From Macrostomum lignano (Eukaryota): DNA of 64,000 bases. The DNA lies in NCBI GenBank assembly GCA_002269645.1, contig NIVC01000163.1, positions 1 to 64,000 of the forward strand, in the 5' to 3' direction. Below the pieces are notes generated by a model. It was not told the DNA's origin. It made no database searches and saw nothing but the letters and a program-made list of their open reading frames with translations. Shown here piece after piece: positions 38,401 through 60,032 of this stretch. Made by a program: the position numbers and the translations under genes. Positions within the stretch are counted from its first letter, which is position 1; each line of letters begins with the position of its first letter.

Positions 38401-41400
38401 ATTCTTCAGTGGGTGCTCTGATCCTTCAGTGGGTGCTCTGATCCTTCAGGTGGTGCTCTGATTCTTCAGTGGGTGCTCTGATTCTTCAGTGGGTGCTCTG
38501 ATCCTTCAGTGAGTGCTCTGATCCTTCAGTGGGTGCTCTGATCCTTCAGTGGGTGCTCTGATCCTTCAGTGGGTGCTCTGATCCTTCAGGTGGTGCTCTG
38601 ATTCTTCAGTGGGTGCTCTGATTCTTCAGTGGGTGCTCTGATCCTTCAGTGGGTGCTCTGATCCTTCAGTGGGTGCTCTGATCCTTCAGTGGGTGCTCTG
38701 ATCCTTCAGTGGGTGCTCTGATCCTTCAGTGGGTGCTCTGATTCTTCAGTGGGTGCTCTGATTCTTCAGTGGGTGCTCTGATCCTTCAGTGGGTGCTCTG
38801 ATCCTTCAGTGGGTGCTCTGATTCTTCAGTGGGTGCTCTGATCCTTCAGGTGGTGCTCTGATCCTTCAGTGGGTGCTCTGATCCTTCAGTGGGTGCTCTG
38901 ATCCTTCAGTGGGTGCTCTGATCCTTCAGGTGGTGCTCTGATTCTTCAGTGGGTGCTCTGATTCTTCAGTGGGTGCTCTGATCCTTCAGTGAGTGCTCTG
39001 ATCCTTCAGTGGGTGCTCTGATCCTTCAGTGGGTGCTCTGATCCTTCAGTGGGTGCTCTGATCCTTCAGGTGGTGCTCTGATTCTTCAGTGGGTGCTCTG
39101 ATTCTTCAGTGGGTGCTCTGATCCTTCAGTGAGTGCTCTGATCCTTCAGTTGGTGCTCTGATCTTTCAGTGGGCGTGCTACCTCCAACCCGACAGACACT
39201 CCAAGTCCCTCTATAGTGCGATAAGGTCGCTCTCACCTAGGTGCCGTAGCCCAGTGGCTCTGATGTGCCTGCGGCCCAGGCTCGATTCCAAGTGCAGTCA
39301 CATTAATTTGGGGCTCAATTGTAATCTCGGCTTGGCTCTGCTCGTGCAATTAACGACCTTAAGGCTGAGGGGCCCCCAAGGCACAGTGAAGTGTACATGC
39401 CCAACGATAAATAAAGTTAGGGCCCCTGGGTCTAATAAAAAGCTCTCTCACCTGCCCAGTCCCCGCAGCAGGTCTCCGTAAGCATCCAGCTCCACCCCAG
39501 CCATGGAGGATTCGTTGGCATCTCGCCAGGCCAATAAGGCTTCAATGAAGTGACCGTTCAACCAAAAATTTGAATCTATCAAAATGCTACCATCTGTGGA
39601 GTCGATAAGCCCGCTAGCTGATCGCATCTCCGCAATAGTCGGTTTTTGAAGCACCCGAGAACAGTCCAGAACGGTGAAGCTATTCGAACTGCATCGATAA
39701 TCCTCTTGGTTGCTTAACTCCCCCTGGTCAACATCTACGCAGTAAACTCCGTGTCCGGTTGCTAAGCTCAAATCCACAGTGGGATGGGCTAAAGCGACTA
39801 TGTCGGACTCGGCGAGGCGGCGAGAACAAGTCGAATTGGATATTAGACTGATGGAATCGAACTCGTAGGGTAGCAGAGCGTCTGAGCAGGCTGTGCGGGA
39901 CAGGGTGGGCGTTTAAGAAAGAGCTAAGCACTGGTTAGAGATTTGACAGATCTTGAAGCTTATTGTAAACACTTGATCGGTTATTGTACCAATATCTTGA
40001 AGCTTATTGTACAGACACCTGATCGGTTGTTGTACCAATATCTTGAAGCTTATTGTACAGACACCTGATCGGTTATTGTACCAATATCATGAAGCTTATT
40101 GTACAGACACCTGATCGGTCATTGTGCCAATATCTTGAAGCTTATTGTACAGACACCTGATCGGTTATTGTGCCAATATCTTGAAGCTTATTGTACAGAC
40201 ACCTGATCGGTTATTGTACCAATATCTTGAAGCTTATTGTAGACACCTGATCGGTTGTTGTACCAATATTTTGAAGCTTATTGTACAGACACCTGATCGG
40301 TTGTTGTACCAATATCTTGAAGCTTATTGTACAGACACCTGATCGGTTGTTGTACCAATATTTTGAAGCTTATTGTACAGACACCTGATCGGTTGTTGTA
40401 CCAATATCTTGAAGCTTATTGTACAGACACCTGATCGGTTATTGTGCCAATATCTTGAAGCTTATTGTACAGACACCTGATCGGTTGTTGTACCAATATC
40501 TTGAAGCTTATTGTACAGACACCTGATCGGTTATTGTGCCAATATCTTGAAGCTTATTGTACAGACACCTGATCGGTCATTGTGCCAATATCTTGAAGCT
40601 TATTGTACAGACACCTGATCGGTTATTGTGCCAATATCTTGAAGCTTTTTGTACAGACACCTGATCGGTTATTGTGCCAATATCTTGAAGCTTATTGTAC
40701 AGACACCTGATCGGTTATTGTGCCAATATCTTGAAGCTTATTGTACAGACACCTGATCGGTCATTGTACCAATATCTTGAAGCTTATTGTACAGACACCT
40801 GATCGGTTATTGTACCAATATCTTGAAGCTTATTGTAGACACCTGATCGGTTGTTGTACCAATATCTTGAAGCTTATTGTACAGACACCTGATCGGTTGT
40901 TGTACCAATATCTTGAAGCTTATTGTACAGACACCTGATCGGTTGTTGTACCAATATCTTGAAGCTTATTGTACAGATACCTGATCGGTTGTTGTACCAA
41001 TATCTTGAAGCTTATTGTACAGACACCTGATCGGTTATTGTGCCAATATCTTGAAGCTTTTTGTACAGACACCTGATCGGTTATTGTACCAATATCTTGA
41101 AGCTTATTGTACAGACACCTGATCGGTCATTGTGCCAATATCTTGAAGCTTATTGTACAGACACCTGATCGGTTGTTGTACCAATATCTTGAAGCTTATT
41201 GTACAGACACCTGATCGGTTATTGTGCCAATATCTTGAAGCTTATTGTACAGACACCTGATCGGTCATTGTGCCAATATCTTGAAGCTTATTGTACAGAC
41301 ACCTGATCGGTTATTGTGCCAATATCTTGAAGCTTTTTGTACAGACACCTAATCGGTCATTGTACCAATATCTTGAAGCTTATTGTACAGACACCTGATC

Positions 41401-41963
41401 GGTTGTTGTACCAATATCTTGAAGCTTATTGTACAGACACCTGATCGGTTGTTGTGCACGCTTGGGTTGCTCTGTTCCAAAAACTGCAACATACCTAAGA
41501 AACAGCATCCAACGCCAGCATTGGCAGCGAACTGCGCAAACGGTTCCGACAGAGCAGTGACAATGTCAAGCATATCCAAGCAGCCCGCGCTGACTGTTGG
41601 CATCACAGCGAATAATTTTCCTAGGGCGGAAAGCCATGGCGACCGTTGGCTCATGCCACCAGCTGGGATAAATAGTATTCGCAGTTTAGATAATTTATTG
41701 ATGCCAAATTCCAGTCGAAGCTGGTTGAGACAGTGCAGCAGAGCGCCGCCATTGCCTGTAAGTTAGGAAAGCAGTTTAGGCACAACTATATGTTTAGTGA
41801 TCGGAAGATGAGTTTTAATTTCACTCACCAATTTTTGGACCTGGTGGATCCGAGTAGATTCTTAACTTGTCTTTAAACTTTTGCTCGCCTAGTATTTTAT
41901 AACCCAAAGCTTGGTCAGAATCAGACGCGCAGATGGCAATAATGTCAAACAATGTTTTTCGAT
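35450..41963 (-). CDS. FPGT: Fucose-1-phosphate guanylyltransferase (GDP-fucose pyrophosphorylase); exons 41963-41829, 41755-41495, 39890-39452, 36509-36258, 36053-35450; first coding exon not located
   Basis: FDIIAICASDSDQALGY; DPPGPKIGNGG; AGGMSQRSPWLSALGKLF; ACSDALLPY; ALAHP...TGHGVY; LQKPT; ELDAYGDLLRGLG; HIGSTKEYL; SLWTARLFP; SMADIAMEKDIRALIEFR. Splice phases are consistent. Confidence 0.9.
36548..39172. repeat. 20-bp tandem satellite (~130 units) in an FPGT intron
   Basis: GTGGGTGCTCTGAT(C/T)CTTCA with GGTGGT, GTGAGT and CACT variants. Confidence 0.98.
39241..39416 (+). mobile_element. tRNA-derived SINE, family B copy 2
   Basis: Highly similar to 34178-34361, with a ~11-nt deletion after the A box; lies ~35 bp from the FPGT donor at 39451. 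Confidence 0.75.
39950..41455. repeat. 46-bp tandem repeat (~32 units) in an FPGT intron
   Basis: TTGTACCAATATCTTGAAGCTTATTGTACAGACACCTGATCGGTT(A/G). Confidence 0.97.
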
Positions 41964-43765
41964 CTAAAATAGGTGTAAAATGAAGCCAGAAGCAGAAAAA
42001 TAGATTAGCATTGCAAGATTTCATATATGATATAAAACAGGACTGTCTACAGGCTTAATGTACTTAAGATAAAATGAAATTTTCAGTTTAAAAAATTGCT
42101 TACTGTTTGTTTTGTAGTTTTGCAATAGAAAATTAGGTGAAACTAACATTTTCAATTCAACGATAATTTATAAAGTGAATCGGAAAGAATAAAATATAGG
42201 CATTTGAAAGCGGTATACACAATACACACGCAGTGCAGGCTTAACCTGAACCAGTGAGCCAGCCTGTAAATAAACTTAACCTAATAAGTAACTTGAAAAC
42301 TCGCAAAAACGAACAACACTTTCTCAGAAAAACACATACTAACAATTTGTATAGTTTTTGAAATCTTCAAAAAATAAAAAAGTATATGTACTAAATCAAT
42401 AATTTTATTGTTCTTTATAGTAGATTAAAATTTAATAACATCAAGCCTATTAATAATAGTCGAGTAGCAGAAATTTAAGCATAAAGAAATTCTATGAAAC
42501 GCGCATTACCTCTGAGAAGAAAAACATAAGTTTGCCGTTTGCGTTTACTAGACAGTCTTTCGTTGCCTGCCAGTTATGCGGTCACTGTCAAAGTACTTAG
42601 TCCTAGGCCCTAATCTATGTTAACACTTTAAGATAATAAATATACGAAAGTTAGTGTTAGTTAGTTATTTATTTTTAGGATAATTTGTTTTAAATCTGTC
42701 GTTTTTATGACTTTATACATGATATGATTTATGATTAGTACAAGCCAGGCTGTTCAACAGTTCAAGCCCTCAGATATAGGAATAAGTAGGGTAACACTAA
42801 CAGTTACCTGGTAACTCCAGTTTGTAAAAGTAGCAATAGTCTCATTTTTTTATTGCTTGTACTTGTAGTCAGTACTACAGTAGTTGTAGTCTATTTTAGC
42901 TCTGTTATCTGAATGCAAAAAAATAGTTTTGATATATGAATTAATGAATTAAATAAATCAATAAATTGCATTAAATGAATAAATGAATATAGTGGCAATG
43001 CTGTTAAATATGAATTGTTACTTTATTTTTATGGCATATGGTTGGTCATTTTACTTTACCAAGGAAGTATAATATAGTCTATATTAATTTATAATATTGG
43101 ACCTAATAATTTGAAAATTACTATTTTAACTCAATAGACACCAGTGAGGTAGGGTGGATTCTACATTTGAATTTCTGCCGGCATTGTCTCGGCACTTGTA
43201 AAGCTGGAAAATTTCACAAATTGATGCGTTGAGTCTTCTCCTTGGATACTCCATCTGCCGGGGTCCTCAATTCTGGGGGGAGGGTAGTCGTAATTGTAGT
43301 CGAGCAGTCTTGTAGCAGCCTGGGTCGTTTAGAAAGGGTCCTCAGACACCGTAAACTCGTAATTCGTTGAGATTGCTAGTTGTGTTACTTTCAGTATTAA
43401 AGTAGCGCTGCCACCACCGTAAATGTTGTTTTACGGAACGTTGAGGGTCTCAGAGCTTTCTTTGAGTTGAGACTGATTGGTTATTTTAGGCCCCGCAGGC
43501 AAAGAACTCAATATAAACTAGAGGTTCCGATTAAGACCAACTGGATAAATATTAATATAAAACTTATTATTTTTGTTTGTTACTATTAGCGGTCAATTAT
43601 TATCGTAGTCAATGATTAAGAAAATTATAATTTTCCACGAGTTTAATAAGCAATTGACAAGTTAGTTGACTAATAAATGGATTTAGGCAATAGAATGAAT
43701 GTCGCACACTATTAAATTTGACGGATGATTACAAGACAGTGCCAAATAGGCGGTTAACTACAAAT

Positions 43766-44818
43766 TCACAACTTAACTAAACAGAGGCGGGAGCAGGAAA
43801 TAGCAGTAGTCGAAGGAGCGAGGGGGGAAGGGGGGCTGAAGAAAAAGAAGTAAATGCAATGATTTTTATACAAAGTTGTTACATGGATCCAATTGGAGGA
43901 ATACTGAGGGGAACACTGGTGGGAAAAGGGGGGGCAAACCCTGGGAGGAACACAGCAAAACAAAGCGGGACCAAGGGAAGGGGCAACAATTGGACCAAAG
44001 GTGGGGGCAACGAGGGGAAAGTGCATAATCCATCCGGGGGAGCAGAAATGACGTCAAATGTTGTCCCACCAGGTGGAGGCGCTTTGCGCGTCGCCAACCG
44101 TTGCAGAAGCCCCAGTGGTAGACCGGCCTACCACAGGCGTGGGGGCGCCGGGGGACCTAGCAACAGTTGACAAGCACCTCTGTTCGTCTTCTTAAGTTCG
44201 GCAGCCCCGTGTCGCCGGCCAGCCACGGCAAGCAGGGGCATCAGGGTCGGACTGGTTTGACCTTGGCTGGGGCGGCGCGCCAAGCAGCTGCAGCCGCTGG
44301 CTGTCAAAATGCAGGCGCTCGGGATGGTGTTCAATAGCAGCATCCCAAAACTGTCACAGATGCGGGAGCCAGCCTTGCTGGAGGTGGCCGGCCTCCCAAT
44401 ATGCAATAACCAGCAGCAAGGCGAGGGCCGGCCGGGGTCCTCCCTGTCATAGACTCTCCTCAGTGCGCTGCAGTGTTTCATCAAGTAGATCGCAGGTGGC
44501 AGGCAGGGGCATCTGGTGGCACAGGGCCTGCCACGGCGCATCCACTTGGACTCAGCCCTTCTCAGCTGCTAGTAGATAGACCGTGTTCAATGCCCGGCGC
44601 AACTGGTCGCGGGCTGGCGCCATGCCACTTGCAGTGGCGGCGTAGGCACGTAGGGCGTCCAACTCATAGGATGAAAGCCAGGATGCCCGGGCGGTTGGCG
44701 GCTCAGTGGAGGCATTCGGGTTGGTGTTGTTTTCTCAGAATTCATAGTGGAAATTAGTCGATGCAGTGATCTCGCGGAGCAAGTTTGGGCCAAACAACGG
44801 AATTGATGAAAAAATTAG
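43766..44818 (-). pseudogene. Degenerate ~350-codon ORF of unknown function, 3' of the Gypsy pol
   Basis: Single frame with protein-like text (SYELDALRAYAATASGMAPARDQLRRALNTVYLLAAEKG*VQVDAPWQALCHQ...). Interrupted only by 5 TGA and 1 TAA; no frameshift. Confidence 0.5.
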
Positions 44819-45654
44819 GAAAGTGGCTCCTTAAATAGGACACCAAATATTTCAACTAGTGGAGTTGTAAACCAACCAGAGGAAATGATTCAACCACTGG
44901 AATTGAGCCATCACCCCTCGTGCACTCTAAGATGGCACACAGAGTTGGGGTAGGCACATGAATCAAGGAGTCATAAAATAGATAACCGCGTGGCAGGGGT
45001 CCAAAATCAAAATGAATGAATAGGGCGCCTTACATGGCTCACAACAGGCTGGCGGTTAGGGAGAGAGGGGCTGAACAATGGCAAAACAGTAGTTTAGAAA
45101 AATAATAGCAAGAGACATAAGTAGCTCCTAAAAAATTGAACAGCGGATAGATACAGGCATGGTGACCAAGTTAGAATTTGGATCTCGATAAGGAGTTACA
45201 CAAGACGGCAAAAGGCACTGGGAAAGGGCTGGACAGGCGCCCTCACAAATTTTCCCAGGCTCAGCTTGGTCAGAACAACGAAAAAATGGGGGCTGTTTAC
45301 CTCAGATGCCCTCCACTGAGGACAAGGCCTAGAGCCAGGGTGGCTTGACCTGAGCGGGACAAACGCTGGGGGCACCAGAGCAACATGGCTTGCAAAAAAA
45401 ATTAAAAAATACCTTTAGCCATAAGCAAGGACTGCAAGGTTTACAACTGAAATAAAACTTTGCAAGTTAATGACACGCTATTGAGCAAAATTAATGAATC
45501 GCATGCGGATAAATAATTGTCGCGTAGGTGCTGGCTTTTCCCATCAAGCCTAAGGCTAAATATCAGAACACAGAAGTGCGGGTCGCGTTGAATAAATATG
45601 GCACCAATTGAGCATGAGCACAAATGTACAATTGCTTTTGTTCAGAAAGCATAA

Positions 45655-46000
45655 GGAGCAGAAATTGGAAAATTAGTTGCTTTTGCCCTTAAGCATAAGG
45701 AAAGTACATTGAGAAACACTGCTTTTGCCATCAAGCATAAGGAAACGGACAGAAAATTAGTTGCTTTTATCCCTCAAGCATAAGGAAAGTACATTGAGAA
45801 ACACTGCTTTTGCCATCAAGCATAAGGAAACGGACAGAAAATTAGTTGCTTTTATCCCTCAAGCATAAGGAAAACTGTACATTGAGAAACACTGCTTTTG
45901 CCATCAAGCATAAGAAAACAGACAGAAAATTAGTTGCTTTTATCCCTCAAGCATAAGGAAAGTACATTGAGAAACACTGCTTTTGCCATCAAGCATAAGG
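45655..46000. repeat. 85-bp dimeric tandem repeat (two ~42-bp subunits starting AAGCATAAGGA) 3' of the Gypsy integrase
   Basis: About 4 copies directly visible. Confidence 0.88.
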
Positions 46001-46168
46001 ACCAAAATTTGAAGGAAAATTGAAATCTGCTTTCAGCACAGAGCAGGTGCAGAGAAAGCTTACAGCAAAATTTAATTCAGAACGCATTTGCAAACTTGAC
46101 TACTCATAGTAATGCGCATCGTTAATTTAGCTATTAGGCGCAATAAAAAAATCGCTGGTAATTACCTT

Positions 46169-49100
46169 CTAGAGCTCCATCTCCATGCCGATGTTAGGCA
46201 AGTCCGGGTCGCCTTCGGCGAGCACCTCAGGGTGGCGCAAGCTGGGCTCGAACAGCTGACTGCCTCGCAGGTCAGGCTGAGCTGTGGCCGGCTGCTCCGG
46301 CGCGGGCTGATCGGCTGGGTCGACTTCGCTGTCTTCGCTCGACTCATAGGGCAGCATTGGCCGCTCTGTCTGGCGCGGCGGCTCCTGTGGTCGATCTGCC
46401 ATCATCTGCGGCACCTTGATGATGTTGTTACGATGAAGTAGCATTTCAGCTGGGCGTCCTCGGAGGGCTGTCGCTGGCTTGATCCAATAAGCCACTTCTC
46501 CGACTTTCCTGACGACCTTGTACATACTCTTGTACGGCCGGTGGAACTTGGGCAGCTCTCCCAGTTCGAGCTTCGGGTTGGCCAGGCAGACTAAGTCTCC
46601 GGGCTGCAGCTCCACGGGCTTCGGCCGGTTCTCGTAGTACTCCTCTCGGCGCTGGATCTCGGTCCTCAGTCGCTGTCGCACAATTCGTTCTGTCTCGGCC
46701 AGTCTGCGCTGATGTTTGGCAATGTACTCCGGGAGATCAGCTGATACATCCAGTCGGTCTAGGGTGTTATCGATCGGATACCGGTAGGGCACTCCGTAGA
46801 CGACATAATGCGGCGAGAACCCGGTTGTACGATTGACTGCTGATCTTAAAGCTGTAAAAGCTGCTGGCAGCATCTTGTCCCATTGCTGATGGTCTTCTAG
46901 GAGACAAGTGAGCACCTTCTTGATGTTCTTATTGCACGACTCGGCTTGTCCATTGGCCCCATGGTGAATACGGCGGCGTCGTGGTCTGCCGGATGCCGTA
47001 TACTCCGCAGAAGTGCCGGAACTCGTGTCCTGTGAACTGTTTTTCTTGATCGGAGTGAATCCATGCCGGGATTCCGGTGATCGGAAACACTTGTTCCTGC
47101 AGGAGCGTTATAATGATCTTGGCCCGCTGATTCTTCATGGCGAAAGCGAAAGGGTATTTCGAAGTAGTGTCGACGTAGGTCAAGATGTACTTGTTTCCTC
47201 GGTCTGTCGGGTCTCTAGTGGGGCCCAGGATGTCGATCGCACATCGCCCATAGATTTCACAGACTGGAAACGACTGTACATGCGCCGGAATTCGTCGCCG
47301 TCCTTTGCTTTGAGTGCAGGTCTGGCAGGAAGCGACATAGTCGGACACTGCCTTGGCCAGGGCAGGTCGCCAGAACCTTTCGCGCACCTTCGCGATGGTG
47401 AGGTCTCGGCCCATGTGTCCGCAGTAGGGCGAACCGTGGAGGTCGGCGAACACCGTGGCGTCGAGACTCTTCGGCAGGACGATCCGTGCCGTTTCTTCCT
47501 CGCCAACATCGTCGAGATGAATAACCGTTTATAGTCCATCGTCTCGGACTTCGAGCTGTTCGTAGAACGCTAATAGATTTCGTTCGTCTCGTGTCATATT
47601 TAATCGCTGATTCAATGGCGGCTTCGGCTGTCGGCTTTCCAAAAGATGGATCATCATGGCGATGGCAGAGTCAGCACGCTGATGAGTCTGGAGCTCCTCT
47701 CATGTGACTGGCCTCGGGATGTGATCAGTTAGATTCAATTTTGAGCGTCGGTTAGTCAAATTAGTCGGCGCGGCTTTGGCTTCGGCTGTGGCGGCACGGT
47801 TCGGGGTCTGGAGCTCCCTCCGCATGATCGCTACTTGAACCGGTTGCCGTGCTGTTGATGTGCCCGAAGGTCGATCCTCGTTGGTAGCTTCGGCGTCACT
47901 GTTGTCGGATTCAGATTTGTCGGCAGATGATGATGAGTCAGCAGAGCTGTCCGCGTCGCTGCTGAATCTCACTCTTCTCTCGAACTTCGGGCAGCGAGCG
48001 GGTTGGCAGCTGTCCTCTCTGGCTGCGCTGTGGTCGCTGTCCGTGTCGTCTCCAGCTAGTAGTCGGCGGCTCCTAGACGGGCAACATGTCGAGCTACTGA
48101 AACTGGTAGGCGACCTCTGCGAGTCATCGTAACGGCTGGCTGATGGCCTCGGCTTCGTCGCCGGCGGGTGCAGCTCTGTCAGCGGCTTGCTGTCGGCTGT
48201 CAGTGTTGCTGGCGGCGTAGCCTCGCCGTTGGACTCCTTTGGCTTAGTCGGCGGTTTCCGTCGCTTACGGCGGGTCGACGGCTTCTTGCTCGGTGGAGGA
48301 CTAGGGTGGCTGCTGTCGTGGACCTTCGGCGCCGCTGCGCCAGTTATCGCGGCTGGCTGCTTACTTTGGTCCTCATCAGCTGCCTCTCGCTGAGCCTCCT
48401 CCAAGCATTCGGTGTCGTCCTCGGGCCGTCTCGAGAGACCGTCGGCGTTTTGGTGCTGACTCGATTTGCGATGCTGGATCTCGAACTCGAATTCGCTTAG
48501 CCGCTGTAGCCATTGTCCGAAGATACCTACTTGCTGAGTTCGCCGGAGAATCCAGGTCAACGCTGCATGGTCGGTTCGGCAAATGAACTTCTTGACCAGC
48601 AGGTAGAAGCGGAAGTGCCGCATCCCATCTACGACTGCCAAGAGTTCTTGCTTAGTAATTGGATATCGGGCTTCAGCCGGTTTAAGTCGCCGGGAGAAAT
48701 AGCCAATTGGGCGCTCGATCCCGTCAGCTTGGCGTTGGCTCAGGCAGGCTCCGATTCTGGTCGCAGAAGCATCCGTGTCCAGGATAAACATAACATTAGG
48801 ATCCTCGCTGAACTGCGGATACGCGAGCACTGATGTCGAAGTCAAGGCTGCTTTGAGCTGGTCGAACGCGTCTTGCTGGGCTTTTCCCCATAGACTATTG
48901 AAATTGCGGATTTTCTTCTCTTTGAAAATCCGCAAGATTTTCAAATCGTGGAGCGGAGCTGCAAGTTCTGCATAGCCAGGTATAAATTTAGCATAGTAAG
49001 CGCACGTGCAGACAAAACTTTTAAGTTGTCGAGCTGTTCTTGGTCTTGGCCAGGTCTGAATAGCCTCGATCTTCGCTGGATCGGTCTTGATGCCGTCCTT

Positions 49101-49285
49101 AGTAACTACATGTCCCAGATAGTTTAGACTTGCCCGAAATAAATGGCACTTCCTGCCTTTGAACTTTAGGTTGGCGTCTTGAATTCACTTAAATACTTCT
49201 TTCATATGCTGTAGATGGTCGTTAAATTTCTTAGAATAGACAATTACGTCATCCAGATAGGCTTTTGCACTTTTGAATTTAAAAA
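46169..49285 (-). mobile_element. Ty3/Gypsy pol remnant (RT C-half, RNase H, integrase with GPY/F), 5'-truncated, frameshifted
   Basis: AYLDDVIVYS; YLGHVV; FILDTDASATRIGACLSQ; ELLAV; RTDHAAL; NADGLSR; HGSPYCGHMG..CQTC; IDILGP; HSDQ; NGQAESCNK; FHRPYKSMYKV. Domain order RT-RH-IN. No gag, protease or LTR found. Confidence 0.93.
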
Positions 49286-49452
49286 CGGCACAAATAGATC
49301 ACAGTTCCTATGGCAAAATTTCATTACATTAACAAGTCACAAAAGAAATGTCTTTGCAGTTTAAACTGTCTTTTTTTGTCCATGACGCTTTAATGAGTAT
49401 CTTGCATTTGACGCACATTGAATTTCAGCTTTTATTTGACAACTGCCTTTCA

Positions 49453-60032
<10,580 letters not shown>

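Noticed and set aside
36548-41455. CRISPR-like appearance of the regular 20-bp and 46-bp arrays
   Set aside because: Head-to-tail units with no unique spacers, inside eukaryotic introns, and no cas genes.
42510-42600. SL-derived AUG initiating FPGT at this candidate exon
   Set aside because: None of the AG acceptors in the open stretch is in phase 0 with the reading frame.
43100-46100. 3' LTR and polypurine tract of the Gypsy element
   Set aside because: No minus-strand PPT followed by TG...CA and no second LTR for comparison; the G-rich run at ~43275 is on the wrong strand.
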